Assembly (NCBI GenBank): GCA_964016885.1 | Contig: OZ024742.1 | Coordinates: 204,848,001-204,912,000, forward strand | Source: Eledone cirrhosa | Taxonomy: Eukaryota | Reading direction: 5' to 3' | Length of the DNA: 64,000 bases | Shown: positions 28,168 through 42,459 of the stretch, piece after piece | Numbering within the stretch: position 1 is the first letter of the stretch | Layout of the letters: the number at the start of each line of letters is the position of its first letter | Program-made: the position numbers and the translations under genes | Notes under the pieces: generated by a model | Seen by the model: only the letters and a program-made list of their open reading frames with translations | The model's database searches: none | Told to the model about the DNA's origin: nothing

Positions 28168-31100
28168 GTTTGAGAGATAACTAGCTACTATTTCTAACAT
28201 GTCAAGTGGCCATTGCTTCATCTATATTTCACTTGTAGTTAATGAAAGAGTGTCTTTGAGTGAGATCTAGCTTCTATTTCTAACATGTCAAGTAGCCATT
28301 GCTTCATCTATATTTCACATTATAGTTAATGGAGTCTCTTTGAATGAGATCTAGCTACTATTTCTAACATGTCAAGTTGCAGTTGCTTCATCTATATTTC
28401 ACAATGTGGCTAATGAAGTGTTTTTGAGTGAGATCTAGCTACTATTTCTAACATGTCAAGTAGCCATTGCTTCATCTATATTTCACATTATAGTTAATGG
28501 AGTCTCTTTGAATGAGATCTAGCTACTATTTCTAACATGTCAAGTTGCAGTTGCTTCATCTATATTTCACAATGTGGCTAATGAAGTGTTTTTGAGTGAG
28601 ATCTAGCTACTATTTCTAACATGTCAAGTGACCATTGCTTCATCTATATTTCACACTGTGGGAAATGAAAGAATGTCTTTGAGAGATATCTAGCTACTAT
28701 TTCTAACATGTCAAGTGGCCATTGCTTCATCTATATTTCACAATGTGGCTAATGAAGTGTTTTTGAGTGAGATCTAGCTACTATTTCTAACATGTCAAGT
28801 GGCCATTGCTTCATCTATATTTCACAATGGTGCTAATGAAGTCTCTTTCAGTGAGATCTAGCTACTATTTCTAACATGTCAAGTGGCCATTGCTTCATCT
28901 ATATTTCACCTTGTAGTTAATGAAAGTGTGTCTTTGAGTGAGATCTAGCTTCTATTTCTAACATGTCAAGTTGCAGTTGCTTCATCTATATTTCACAATG
29001 TGGCTAATGAAGTGTTTTTGAGTGAGATCTAGCTACTATTTCTAACATGTCTAGTGACCATTTCTTCATCTATATTTCACATTGTGGGAAATGAAAGAAT
29101 GTCTTTCAGGAAGATCTAACTACTATTTCTAACATGTCAAGGGGCCATTACTTCATCTATATTTCACATTGTAGTTAATGAAAAAGTGTTTTGAGGCAGA
29201 TCTAGCTACTATTTGTAACATGTCAACTGGCCATTTCTTCATCTATATTTCATATTGTAGTTAATGGAGTCTCTTGAGAGAGATCTAGCTACTATTGCTA
29301 ACATGTCTACTGGCCATTGCTTTATCTATATTTCACATTGTGGCTAATGGAGTCTGTTTGAGTGAGATCTAGCTACTATTTCTAACATGTCTAATGGCCA
29401 TTGCTTTATCTATATTTCACATTGTAGTTAATGAAGTGTCTTTGAGGGAGATCTAACTATTATTTCTAACATGTCAAGTGGCCATTACTTCATCTATATT
29501 TCACATTGTAGTTAATGAAAAAGTGTTTTGAGGCAGATCTAGCTACTATTTCTAACATGTCAAGTGGCCATTGCTTCATCTATATTTCACATTGTGACTA
29601 ATGGAGTCTCTTTGAGTGAGATCTAGCTACAATTTCTAACATGTCTAGTTGTCATTGCTTTATATATATTTCACATTGTACTTAATGAAAGAATGTCTTT
29701 GAGGGAGATCTAGCTACTATTTCTTCGTCTATATTTCACATTGTAGTTAATGGAGTCTCTTTGAGTGAGATTTTGCTACTATTTCTAACATGTCTAGTGG
29801 CCATTGCTTCATCTATATTTCACATTGTAGCTAATGAAGTGACTTTGAGGGAGATCTAGCTACTATTTCTAACAAGTCTAGTGGCCATTGCTTCATCTAT
29901 ATTTCACATTGTAGTTAATGCAGTGTCTTTGAGGGGTATCTAGCTACTATTTCTAACATGTCAAGTGGCCATTACTTCATATATATTTCACATTGTACTT
30001 AATGGAAGAATGTCTTTGAGGGATATCTAGCTACTATTTTAAACATTTCTACTGGCCATTGTTTCATCTATATTTCACATTTTGGCTAATGAAAGAATGT
30101 CTTTCAGAATGATGTAGCTACTATTTCTAACATGTCAAGTGCATGTTAAGTGGCCATTTCTTCATCTGTATTTCACATTGTTGTTCATCGAGTGTCTTTG
30201 AGGGAGATCTAGCGACTATTTCTAACATGTCTAGTGGCCATTACTTCATCTATATTTCACAATGTGGCTAATGTGTCTTTGTGTGAGATCTGGCTACTAT
30301 TTCTAACATGTTAAGTGGACACCTATATTTCACATTATAGTTAATGAATGAATCTCTTTGAGTGAGATCTAGCTACTATTTCTAACATGTCAAATAGCCA
30401 TTGCTTCATCTATATTTCACATTGTAGTTAATGCAGTGTCTTTGAGAGAGATCTAGCTACTATTTCTAACATATCAAGTGGACATTGCTTCATCTATATT
30501 TCACACTGTAGCTAATGAAAGAATGTCTTTGAGTGAGATCTAGCTATTTCTAACATGTCAAGTGGCCCTTTCTTCATCCATATTTCATATTGTAATTAAT
30601 TGTTTCTACTTTAGGCACAAGGCCAGCAATCACCCAGTGCATTACTGGTACTTTATTTTATCGACCCCGTGGCCATTGCTTCATCTATATTAGACATTGT
30701 CGCTAATGAAATCTCTTTCGGTGAGTTCTAGCTACTATTTCTAGTATGTCTTGTGGCCATTGCTTCACCTATATTTCACATTGTGGCTAATGAAGGAATG
30801 TCTTTGAGGGAGATCTAGCTACTATTTCTAACATGTCTAGTGGCCATTGATTCATCTCTATTTCACATTGTAGTTAATGAAGTGTTTCTAACATGTCAAG
30901 TGACTAATAGAGTGTCTTTGAGTGAGATCTAGCTACTATTTCTAGCATGTCAAGTGGCCATTTCTTCATCTATATTTTACATTGTGACTAATGGAGTGTA
31001 TTGAGTGAGATCTAGCTACTATTTCTAACATGTTAAGTGGCCATTGCTTCATCTATATTTCACAATGTGGCTAATGAAGTGTTTCAGTGAGATCTAGCTA

Positions 31101-31331
31101 CTATTTCTAACATGTCTAGTGGCCATTTCTTCATCTACATTTCACATTGTAATTAATGAAAGAATGTCTTTGAGTAAGATCTAGCTACTATTTCTAAAAT
31201 GTCAAGTGGCCATTTCTTCATCTATATTTCATATTGTAGTTAATGCAGTGTCTTTGAGGGGGATCTAGCTACTATTTCTAACGTGTCTAGTAGCCATTGC
31301 TTTATCTATATTTCACATTGTAGTTAATGAA
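28168..31331. repeat. ~79-81-bp satellite array, roughly 39 units
   Basis: Unit gagatctagctactatttctaacatgtcaagtggccattgcttcatctatatttcacattgtagttaatgaagtgtctttga; interrupted by a SINE piece at 30598-30670. Confidence 0.96.
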
Positions 31332-31559
31332 GGAGAAGACTTATGGATCATTTTCAACTGTCAATGTTTGTTTAATTTTGAGTCATTATCCAATATTGAT
31401 TTGTCATTAGGCTGTAACTAATGATAGTTAAAAGCCATGACAAGCGAATATCTATGTGGTAGCTTGACTTGCTAGAAGTAGCAGCCAAATCACAGCCTAC
31501 CATCTTAACTATTTTCTTAACATATTTCTAATAAAAAACACTGCCTTTATTGGTTACTG

Positions 31560-31695
31560 TTGCTTTATTTTATCGACCCCGTAAGGATGAAAGGCAAAGC
31601 TGACCTCGGCAGGATTTGAACTCATAACATAAAGGGTTGTAGCTATATGCCGTAAAGCATGTTGTCCAACACTCTACTTGTACTGCCAATCCACC
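31560..31695 (-). mobile_element. CORE-type SINE fragment
   Basis: tttatcgaccccgtaaggatgaaaggcaaagctgacctcggcaggatttgaactc. Confidence 0.75.
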
Positions 31696-32248
31696 AGGGA
31701 TTTGAACAATTTGAGAATAATGTGAAATAACTTCTCCATTTTATACTTCTCCCTCCTCTTCCTCACCTCATCACCACTCACTGTTTCAGATCATTGTTGA
31801 TGTGATTTCACCATTATTATAGTTAGTTGTGTCAGCAGCTGTTTGTCATTTAATAGGTTGACTCATTGACCACTGTAAACACTAAGAGTGGCCAATAACC
31901 CACCCTATAAGTTACATATGTGTCATCGTCACCATCATCATGATTACATTATTGGATGGGGGCATGCTTCTATTGTTTTTTTTAGGAACATTTTGAGTCA
32001 GTACTCTATGGATGCTAACCCAGAATTTTATTTTTAAATATGGTCAATTTTACTGTTGATTTTCATTAAACTGTTAAGCTACAAGGACATTGTTTGTTCT
32101 GGATGTAAACAAACATCACTGCTTGCTTAAATAGTATCAAATATGGAGACACATGTGTGTATGCACACACACATACACAGACCCCCTCCCCCACACACAT
32201 ACACAGAGCCCCTTCATCCACATACACACATATATATATATATATATA

Positions 32249-32349
32249 CTGGGTGTCCCCAAAAAGTGTATATACATTTTAACAGCCTTCTAATAAATAT
32301 TGCCTGTACAGGTAACCAAAGTGTGTATACATTTTTGGGAGACAGCCTT
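32249..32349. mobile_element. ~100-bp Tc1/mariner-type MITE; inverted copy at 42083-42182
   Basis: TIR-like ends c(a/t)gggtgtcc...ggacaacctg, TA flanks, shared interior. Confidence 0.72.
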
Positions 32350-32649
32350 TATATATTTACACATACATACACACATACAGGTATATGTCTTTGGTAGTGT
32401 ACAGAATATATTAATAAAGTATAATTGTCAGAAGTAATAAAATATTGTTTATCACTTGAATCAAAATATCATTTTAATTATTATCATCATCACCATCAAC
32501 AGACAAATAAAGTGTATTTAATTATTAGTAAAAAGCCATTATGGACATCATCCTGATCCTCACAGCCATAAACTTAGCTGGACATTTCTCTATGACTCTT
32601 AATCAAGTTTTAACAATCAACTATAGAACATATTCCAATTAGGCCTATC

Positions 32650-32712
<63 letters not shown>

Positions 32713-34955
32713 TCTCTCTCTCTCTCTCTCTCTCTCCTGTTTGTTTCTCTGTCTGTTGGTCTATCTATATCCATCAGTCTCTTTCTCTCTCTCACACCCA
32801 ATCACTCAGCTTCTCTTCTTTTATATCTGTTTGTGTGTGTGTGTGTGCCCTTCCTATAACCAACCATTGTACAGATTGTACAACTAAAGAGTCCTATTGC
32901 CAACCACCATTCATAATGTACTGGATCATTTTATCATGGCACCAGCACTAGAGAGGTTGTCATCATTGACTCAACTAAAAAGTCCTCTCTTCTCTGCAGG
33001 CATGAATGATGTATATGTCATGGGCAGGTACTATATGTGGAGAGATTTGACAAGGTGAGGGTGGTTAATGAGAGGAGAGACCTCCAGCTGTGTGGAAGTT
33101 ACTATGGTAGTAACAGAGTAGAATGAATGGATGGGTGAGCAGTGGCCCTGGATAGAGTGTGCATATGTGTGTGGGTGGATGTTAGAATTTAAGAGAGGTG
33201 GAGGTGATCCTGGAGAGAGTGGAAGTAAGGGTGTAGATTAATGCTGAGTATAGCTACTACAAGACTGAGAGGAGTGGGTGTAATGAAGGAGTGAGGATTG
33301 CTATTAAAGGGTGATACGTGGATGGATCAGGTCAGATGAGGTCAAGTTTTAGGCTAGTAGCTAGGTCTTCCCCAGCACAGCATAGCGTCAACCCTCATTT
33401 GTCATCTCTGTTGTGAGGTTCAGCTTTTTAAAGTCAGCTCTCACCTACCTCATCCCAAGTCTACCTAGGTCTGTCTTTTCCACAAGTTCCATCTGCACCT
33501 GTTTATACAACTCTCATCTTCCATACACATCACATGTCCATACCAATGCAGTCTTGTCTTGCACACTACATCTCGTAGTAGACCTTCTATCTCTCTTTCT
33601 TCTCTGCATCAGTCAGTGCAAGTAAATGTTATCATGGCACCAGCACTACTACTTTACAGAATGTACTCAATGCCTTTTATCATTGCACTAGCACTATTAC
33701 TTTCCAGAGTGTACTAGGTACATTTAATTGTTTCACCAGCACTCTGTGTGTGTATTTGGTGCATCAAAAAATGTACCCAGTGCATGCTCTTGAGCCAAAA
33801 ATGGAATATATGAGTAAGATGTGGTCCTCAACTCCTCTTGTCTCAGACTATAACACCATGTCCAACCAATGTAATATAGTGATGATGATGATGATGATGA
33901 TTATGGCAGACACACAGTAATAGAGAGTAGGAAATCCTTGTGATATTTGAGAATGTGACTGTGTTGAATCTGTAGGAAACAATTATGTAATATCTTGATA
34001 ATCTATAATTGCTAACATTAGGTACACAAAAGATGTAGAGTGGGATATTTGGCAGACTGACAGAGAAGCGGGACTTATTATATGATGGATAAACAGGAGA
34101 CGTTATCAGGAAGAATAATTATGACTTGAAGTCTGTAAACAGTTCAGAAGGTTCACTAGAAGTAATTGATACTTTCTGTTACCTATCCGACTTAAATTTC
34201 TGTATCTTCATGACATCTCCAATTTTGATTTGTAAATTTTGAAAAAAAGCTAACTATATAAACAAGGTTTCAGCATTTTCACATACCTTACTGAAACTCT
34301 GATCCTCTAGGATACATGGTAGATTTTCAAATGCTTTACTGTAATTCTCATCCTATAGAATGTGTGGTAAATTATCAAGATGTATTTTCGGAAAGAAACA
34401 GTGTCTTTAACACTGTAAAATAGATTAAGAAGAAGAAAGGGTGTGGAAGTTTAGGTATCTGTTGATAATGAGAGGTTTCTCACTCTGTATGAAAGTTACA
34501 TGACATAAGCTATGTCTAAGAAGTGGGATACTGCATAAAGTAAAGTATAGACATTTACTGTGAAAGATCTGTGGAAACTAGAGAAATGGGGTAGCTATGA
34601 TTCATTGGTTGTAATTTTAACTAGTTTAAAAGGTGGGTTTTGAGAGAGAAGCTTGCATTACTAATGGCATCAGTTGATTTATACAGGAGAGATAAATGTG
34701 TAGTTAGGAACATCATGCAAGTGAGTGAGGACTGCTTGGTGAAAAAGTGACATGTACTGATGGAATACACCTACATTGGTTTCAACAATCAGTGTTCCAG
34801 TTGTTCAATCAATGGAACAGCCTACTTGTGAAGTTAACAAGCAAGTGGCTGAGCATTCCACAACCTAGTGTACTCTTCTTAACATACTTCACAGGAAGAT
34901 TTCATGTGACACAGTGTATGACGAGACATTTGAATTACAGACACAGACCATTTAA

Positions 34956-35168
34956 CCCTTTCATGACCACATTTCTAATGAAATACTCTCTATTTTAATT
35001 AATTAATGAAGAATTTTACTAAAATTATTAATTATTTCATTACTAAGATAGTAACTTAATATAAGGTTCTTAAATAAAATTATGATGGAAGATTTTAACT
35101 TAAATTGGAAACCTTTAAAATAGGTGATTTTATTTCATAGAAGTGGACCCAGTTTGGTAACTAAAGGG
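34956..35168. mobile_element. piggyBac-like MITE
   Basis: TTAA-CCCTTT...AAAGGG-TTAA; similar to 21788-22038. Confidence 0.65.
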
Positions 35169-35624
35169 TTAACAAATTTATATTTATATTGATCCATGGT
35201 TATGGTAAATGACACTTGTTCAAGATGCCAGATAGTGGGATCAAACCTGGGACGTTTTGATGGCAAAGCAAACTTCTTAAATATTCAGCCATGTTGGATT
35301 CACTGTGGAAGAGGAATATATAAAGAGGATCAGTGGTGTAAGATCAGTCCACCCCTATCACATGACTATTACCAGTCACTGATCAATCCACCCTTGTATT
35401 GACTATTCCCTGTCACCGACCAGTCCACTCCTATCACATGACAGTTACCACTGTCTGATCAGCCAACCACTATTGCCAGAAACTGACCAGTTCACCCTTA
35501 ACACATCTATTATTATTGTCTGACCAGTTCACCCCAATTATAACATTGAAATATTGACATTAAAATAATAATGATTTTTCTTCTTTTACTTATTTCAATC
35601 ATTAGAGCAAAACTGTGGATACTT

Positions 35625-36099
35625 GCCTTAATCCACCACCCATCTTAACACCATCTCTTGACCATTGTCTTAATCCACCACCCAGCTTAACACCATCTCT
35701 TCACCAGTCTAATACCATCTCTTGACCATTGTGTCTTAATCCACCACCCAGCTTAACACCATATCTTGACCATTGTGTCTTAATCCACAACCCAGCTTAA
35801 CACCATCTCTTGAGCAGTCTAATACCATCTCTTGACCATTATGTCTTAACCCACCACCCAACTTAACACCACTTCTTGACCTTTGTTTTAATCCAATTAC
35901 AACATTGAAATATTGACATTAAAATGATGATTTTTCTTCTTTTACTTATTTCAATCATTAGAGTAAAACTGTGGATACTTGCCTTAATCCACCACCCATC
36001 TTAACACCATCTCTTGACCATTGTGTATTAATCCACCACCCAGCCTAACAGCATCTCTTGGCCAGTTTAATACCATCTCTTGACCATTGTGTCTTAATC
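35625..36099. repeat. ~42-44-bp minisatellite (cttaatccaccacccagcttaacaccatctcttgaccattgtgt); resumes at 39585-39870
   Basis: Same unit on both sides of the hAT insertion. Confidence 0.88.
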
Positions 36100-36990
36100 C
36101 AGTGGTCGCCAACATGGGTTCCGCGGAACCTTGGGGTTCCGTAAAACAAACTCCGGGTTCCTTAAAAAAATAAATATTTACATTAATATTTTGGGTTTTC
36201 TGAAAAAGGGGCAAAGAAAATGCCAAAGGTGCAATGTATAAATGAACAAGTACTATTGTAGTGTACACAGGTTCTCCACTCCAATTCGTGGAAAACACTA
36301 CTTTCAGTTTCTCATTTGAATTAGCAGAAAAACACTGTTCTGAGATTCGTGAAAATTGAATACTTTCAATTTCACATCAATTCTTGGAAAGACAAAGTTT
36401 TCTGAATTCCGAGAATTTGACTACTACTGATAATACACTAATTGAACTTAGAAATTGACCAATCACGAACAAGTAAATGTTGGTCGATAACAGCATAACT
36501 TTAAACTGAAAACTTCAGTTCAGCGAGGTCTTTCAGCCGAGAGACAGGGTCAGTTCGCTGTTCTCACAACGTAAGTTCAGTAGAATGTTTTCAATAGAGA
36601 ACACGTTTTAATCTGCTGTCCTCACAAAAGCTTTCAAGTCGCCTAAAGTTTCCTCACAGAGTGAACTCGCTTACTAGTCGTTTTCAACATGCATCCAGTT
36701 CTACAGACAATTCTAAATAAGAACACGTTACATTCTGTTGTACTTTGCGCAGAAAATATAACGCCTGTAAAGTTTCGACTACTAACAAAGGTAATTTTGT
36801 ATTCCATGCATACACTATAAACTTTGCCACACAATTATGTATTCATTTGATGACATCTGCATTCACAATTGAGAAATTTCTTTATACAATAAATATATAT
36901 GTCCACAAACATTTGACTAAACTTTATTTGTTCCAATCTAATATATGTTTAACGCAGCCTAAAGCCTTCTTATATTATATCTAACTTTGA

Positions 36991-37084
36991 AGGTTGACTT
37001 TGCCTTTCATCCTTACGGGGTCGATAAAATAAAGTACCAGTAATGCACTGGGTAATTGCTGGCCTTGTGCCTAAAGTAGAAACA
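36991..37084 (+). mobile_element. Young SINE 3' fragment inserted in the hAT, 17-bp TSD
   Basis: Same sequence as the 3' part of the SINE at 22427-22549; TSD attatatctaactttga at 36974-36990 and 37085-37101. Confidence 0.88.
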
Positions 37085-37552
37085 ATTATATCTAACTTTG
37101 AGTCAAAATAGATAGAAGATATCTGAATTAATTTCCAATACCATCGTCACATCTTCTACACTATCAGCTGATTTGCATTTTTTGCACCTTTTAGTATAGC
37201 GGATATTTAAATATATTTACATTACCAATAATATTTAATATGACCCTAAAGTAGTATATGCCGGAAGTGCTGGACTCTGAAAAAGATTTCTTCTAGTTGT
37301 TTATAAATTTGCACCTTTTTCAGTAACCCCTAATATTTTAATATTATTATAAGACTTTAAATAATATGTTTGCCATCCTAAAATGGAGAAATTTCAATTT
37401 TTAAAAATTAAAATTCTTTTTTAACTAGTTAAGTTTTTCCAAATATCTAAAATTAAAGTTAATTTAAGTACTTTTTGTAATAAAAAAAAATTAATTTCTC
37501 TTGTTTATTAATGTTATATTAAAAATATTAACTGTAGATAAATAACCTTGAT

Positions 37553-39431
37553 ATGATGTCTACTGCAAAGAAGCTGAAGTTAGATACCAGCAGTAAGGTT
37601 AGACAGTGGTGTGATGATTATGTTAGATATGGATTTCAAAAAGCTGACACTAAAAAAGATACACCAGATCAGCCCATGTGTTTGCTATGTTCAAAAGTTC
37701 TATCAAATAGCTGTTTAAATCCTGCAAAACTTAAAAGACACCTTAATAATGATAAAAGCAAGTCACTGGAATACTTTACTTCGCTGAAAAACAACATCAA
37801 AAAATCACAAGCTAATATGTATGACTTGTTTTGTAAAAAGTCAGATAGAAATAAAGCTTTAACAAGAACATCTTTTGAAATTTCACATTTGATTGGTAAA
37901 AACAAGAAACCATTTACATTAGAAGAACAGTTAATTCTGCCAAGTATAAAAATTGCTACAGAGAATCTTTTTGAAAGCTGCAGTATTAAGGACAAAGAAA
38001 AATTAAGCCAGTTACCATTGTCAGCAAATACCGTAAAAAGAAGGATAATTGATATTTCTTCTGATATAGAAAATCAGATACTAACTGCACTAAAGAAAAG
38101 CACATGTTTCGGTCAGCAAGTGGACGAAACTACGGATATTAATAACAAGACTCAATTAATTTGCTATGTACGGTTTGTAGACCTTGATAAAAAAGAATTA
38201 GTAGAAGAGTATTTGTTTTGTCTGGTATTAGACATCACAACTAAAGGTCAAGATATCAATAAAATTGAAGAGTATTTTTTTAAAAATGGTGTATCTTGGA
38301 GCAAGTTGACTTCAATAACAACAGATGGAGCAGCTGCAATGACTGGTAAAAATTCTGGTTTGATTGCAAAAATTAAAGAACAGACCCCAAATTGTATTTC
38401 AAATCATTGTATGATTCATTGAGAGGTTTTGTGTTCAAAAAAATTCAAAGACAGAGATGCTCAAATATTAAATGACCAGCTGAAAGACATTGTCAACATT
38501 ATCAATTTGATCCATGCAAGAGCAAAAAATTCTATGTTTGAATCTATTTGTGAATCTTCTGGAAGTAATTATAATAGATTGTTATTGAACAATGATGTGC
38601 GTTGGCTGTCTTTTGGGGATGCTATGAAGAGAGTTTTTGAACTGAGAGAAGAAATAATAGTTTTTCTAAAAAAAACAGAATGATGAAAGAGCAAGTGTAT
38701 TAGAAACCAATGAATGGAATGTGCAACTCACTTATTTAGTAGACATTTTTGGTGAACTGAACAAACTAAATAAGTGTCTTCAGGGTAACAATGCAGATAT
38801 TTTTACTTCAATCAATTTTATTACATATTTTCAATCAAAATTAAACATCTTTATAAAAAGAATTGAATCGGACAATTACTCATTACTTTCAAACCTTGAA
38901 ATAGAGCTTAAAAAGAGAGAAGATTTTGACTCCAGCAATCTAAAGAAGATTATTCTTTCTCATTTAAATGTGCTTTCCACAAGTTTTTCAGATTATTTTG
39001 ACTTGATGGAAAAAGATATTGTTAGCGGAAATTTATGGATAAAAAACCCGTTCACCGAGATCGAGCAGTTAGTGTCAGAAAATGACGCTGGAAATTGTAA
39101 AAATTTACTACCTGCACAATGCTTACATCAGTTGATGGATTTGAATTCAAACGAAGACCTGAAAGTGATATTCGAAAGCAGAAAGAAAGAACTATGGATC
39201 GACTTATTCTTGATTGGGTAGTTTAATGAAATCAGCCAACTTGCATTGAAATATTTGACTTTATTCCCATCTAGCTACTTGTGCGAAGGGTTTTCGCAGT
39301 TGGTAGAAATCTACACAAAGAAGATGAATAAACTGTCAGCACTTGACGAGTGTATGAGACTGTCATTAACTAGTGTTGAACCTCGATTTTCTAAACTCAC
39401 TGATGAGGCTCAGCAGCAGAAAAGCCACTAG
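37553..39431 (+). pseudogene. Disrupted hAT transposase (ZBED5/FAM200-like)
   Basis: BED-like CLLC...LKRH, DETTD, TDGAAAM, HCMIH, VRWLS, SYLCE. Stop at 38420, frameshift at the A-run near 38670, stop at 39219. Confidence 0.92.
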
Positions 39432-39944
39432 TTAATTGTGTTCGATTACATACACACGCATGAAACACTAAAATAAATAAATACTTTATTATTTTTTTTT
39501 GAAAAGTTTTGTATTGTATAGGTTCCGTGAAGAATTCAAAATATTTAGAGGGTTCCTCGGTTTTAGAAAGGTTGGCGACCACTGTCTTAATCCACTACCC
39601 AGCTTAACACCATCTCTTGACCATTATATCTTAATCCACCACCCAGCTTAACACCACTTCTTGACCTTTGTTTTAATCCACCACCCACCTTAACACCATC
39701 TCTTGACCGTTGTCTTAATCCACCTGTCTTAACCCCATATCTTGACCATTGTGTCGTAATCAACCACCTATCTTAACACCAGCTCTTGACCTTTGTGTCT
39801 TAATCCACCACTCATCTTAACACCACATCTTGACCCATTGTATCTTTTAACACCACCTCTTGACCTTCGGATGCTTTTGGTTGAGCTCATTCTGTTACCA
39901 CAAACTTTCAGATTGGGTTTCTGGTCTGAAAATGATCCTTTTCC

Positions 39945-40262
39945 TGCCACTAGTTACAGAGTTACACACCCTCCCACCAGTTACAGCCAGGGCTACCCAC
40001 TCTGCACCAAGTTACAGAGTTACTCATCCTGCCACAAGTTACAAGCAGAGCTACCCAGTCTCCTTGCCACTAGGCAGGGTTACATCCCCATTACCTTCCC
40101 CTCATCTGGCAAGGTTACACTCCATCCCATCTGGTAGGGTTACCTTCCTTGCCATCTGGCAAGGTTACCCTCCGCCCCATCTGGCAGGGTTATCCTCCCT
40201 CCCATCTGGTAAGGTTACCCCCCCCCCCCCCCATCTGGTAGGGTTACCCTTCCTCCCATCAG
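39945..40262. repeat. Short degenerate minisatellites (agttacagag...; ccatctggcagggttacc)
   Basis: Direct reading. Confidence 0.7.
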
Positions 40263-40442
40263 TTACTGAGGCCATGGAAACTGTTATAGGCAAGTTTATC
40301 AATCCTTTTTTAACTAAACTATTTAAAAAACTTTTAACAACTGCCAACAGCTGTTGAATTGAAATGGTTAATTCTTAGGACAATATGATTTTACAGATAA
40401 AATAGATTTTTTGTTGTAATTACATGATCTGTTGTTGTTATC

Positions 40443-40505
<63 letters not shown>

Positions 40506-42050
40506 TATGAGAGAGAGGGGATAGGTAGAGGGATAGATAAATGGATTGCTGTTGTTAACAGCTGTAGCCTTGAAAATGCCATCTTAATGAGAAATGTAGA
40601 GACTTTAAAGGTTTTCATTGTGTTTTTTTAATGTTTTTTTTTTGTAGGGGGTGTAATTTTGATAGCAAACTACCTGAAACCGCCCCTGGTTCTACTATAC
40701 AAAACTGTTTATTTTAAAGTATTTTTAATAATCTAAAAACTTTTCATCGTCAATTTATGTAAGAACCTTGGTTAAGCTATGTTCCAAACTCCAGCTTAAT
40801 AATGAGAAAATGAGTTATATTACTAAATCCCTCTAAATTCTTGATTGTAAGCAGTGTTTTTCATGTCTTTCATTAGTAATATGGTAATGAAAAGGTTAAA
40901 GTTGATCTATGAATATGAGGTAAATTTACATTTAGAATAGTTGTTAATTCTAAAATAATCCTATTGAGATAGTTTCACTATTTTAGAACTCCATTATCTA
41001 TTGGTAAGTGAGGAGGGGGTGTATTGGCAGAATTGTTAGAGCAGGACACAAAATACCTAACTGTGCTGTTGATGCTTTGGTAACAAATTCATTCCAGAAT
41101 CCCATTCATCAATTAAAATATAGGGACAATTTATTTAAAAACCTTAATCCATGCTGAAAATCCCTGTAAAAATTAATAAGGCACAAAATATCAATGGATA
41201 TAAATGCACATAATTGAACAACGGGATAATAAATTGTAAGAATGAATATTGAGAAATAAATAAATTTGCTTTCAGTTTATTGTTGTTTATTTCCAGTTTG
41301 TCTAACTTAATACATATCTTTAATAAAAGAGTGGAAACAAAGGAAAATAATCAAACATAACATTTAAGGTGGTCATATATATAAACCTCACAAACAGAAT
41401 TTGTGTGAGCAAACCCAAAGTGACCTTTCATAACAATTTTTAATTTGTTATTTTTGTATGGAAATCTGTTGACAGGATTTCATTAATAAAAATGCATTCA
41501 TTACCAAAGGGTCCACAGAATTTAATCATGTCTTTTTACATTCAAAGTTCAAATCCCACTAAAGTCAAAATTGCCTTTCATCCTTTCTTGAGTGATGAAA
41601 TGAAGTACCAGGTCAGTATAATTGACTGTTTCCCTCATCCCAAATTTCTCACCTTATGTTTAAATTAAAAACTATTATTATTGGCAGAATCATTAGAGCA
41701 TCAGATAAAATGCATTTTGCTATTTGTTTCTGTGCTTAACATTCTGATTTCAAATCCTGCTGAGGTCAGCTTTGCCGTTCATCCTTCTGGAGTTAATAAA
41801 ATAACAGTCCAGTTCCGGAGTTGTCTAAATCGAACCCACCACACTGCTAGTCTCATGCCTAAATTAGAAGGCATCGTTAATGAAGAGCATTTCTTGCATG
41901 TAGAATAGAAAATATATTTATATTGTTGGGGTATAATTAATTCAAACCAACCCCTTTATATAACTGGTACATTTTATTAAACATGGATAAAAAGTCAAAC
42001 TTAATGGGATTTGAAGTAAAAATATAATACATGCACACATACACACATAC

Positions 42051-42082
<32 letters not shown>

Positions 42083-42085
<3 letters not shown>

Positions 42086-42182
42086 GGTGTCCTAAAAGAA
42101 TGTATACACACTTTGATTACCTGTACAGACAATATTTTTTAGAATGCTGTTGGAGTGTGTATACATTTTTAGGGACAACCTG
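42083..42182. mobile_element. Tc1/mariner-type MITE (100 bp)
   Basis: TA-CAGGGTGTCC...GGACAACCTG-TA. Confidence 0.75.
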
Positions 42183-42459
42183 TATATATATTATATTATT
42201 TATGTTCATATATGGAACAAAAAATGCTACCTAAAGTTACAAGGTCCAATTATAACCATCTCCCCAGATTGTGCATCGTGGTGCAGTGTGAAAGAGTGAT
42301 CAAATTTGTGACTTATTTGTCTGGTTCATTAAAATTAATATATACTTCTCTCCACTAATGATTGTAAGTTGAATGTTATTTATCATTTTATATTAATTTG
42401 ATTTCTATGTATTATGCACTTCTGCTTTTTTTTTTTATAAAACATACTTGGTTAAGAGA

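Larger units (their letters stand above)
36100..39584 (+). mobile_element. Full-length hAT (Buster/Charlie-type) DNA transposon
   Basis: TIRs CAGTGGTCGCCAAC / GTTGGCGACCACTG; 8-bp TSD TCTTAATC (36092-36099, 39585-39592) with central TA. Confidence 0.95.

Noticed and set aside
28168-31331. Regular repeat array resembling CRISPR or a ribozyme satellite
   Set aside because: No unique spacers, eukaryotic context, no cas genes, and no CUGANGA core on either strand.
32999-33056. AG...GTGAG-bounded candidate next exon of the plus-strand gene
   Set aside because: Immediate stop codon in the required phase 0, and it lies in degenerate repeat sequence.
39398-39431. CTGATGA...GAAA at the end of the hAT transposase
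   Set aside because: Coding sequence with no stem I or III pairing; chance match.
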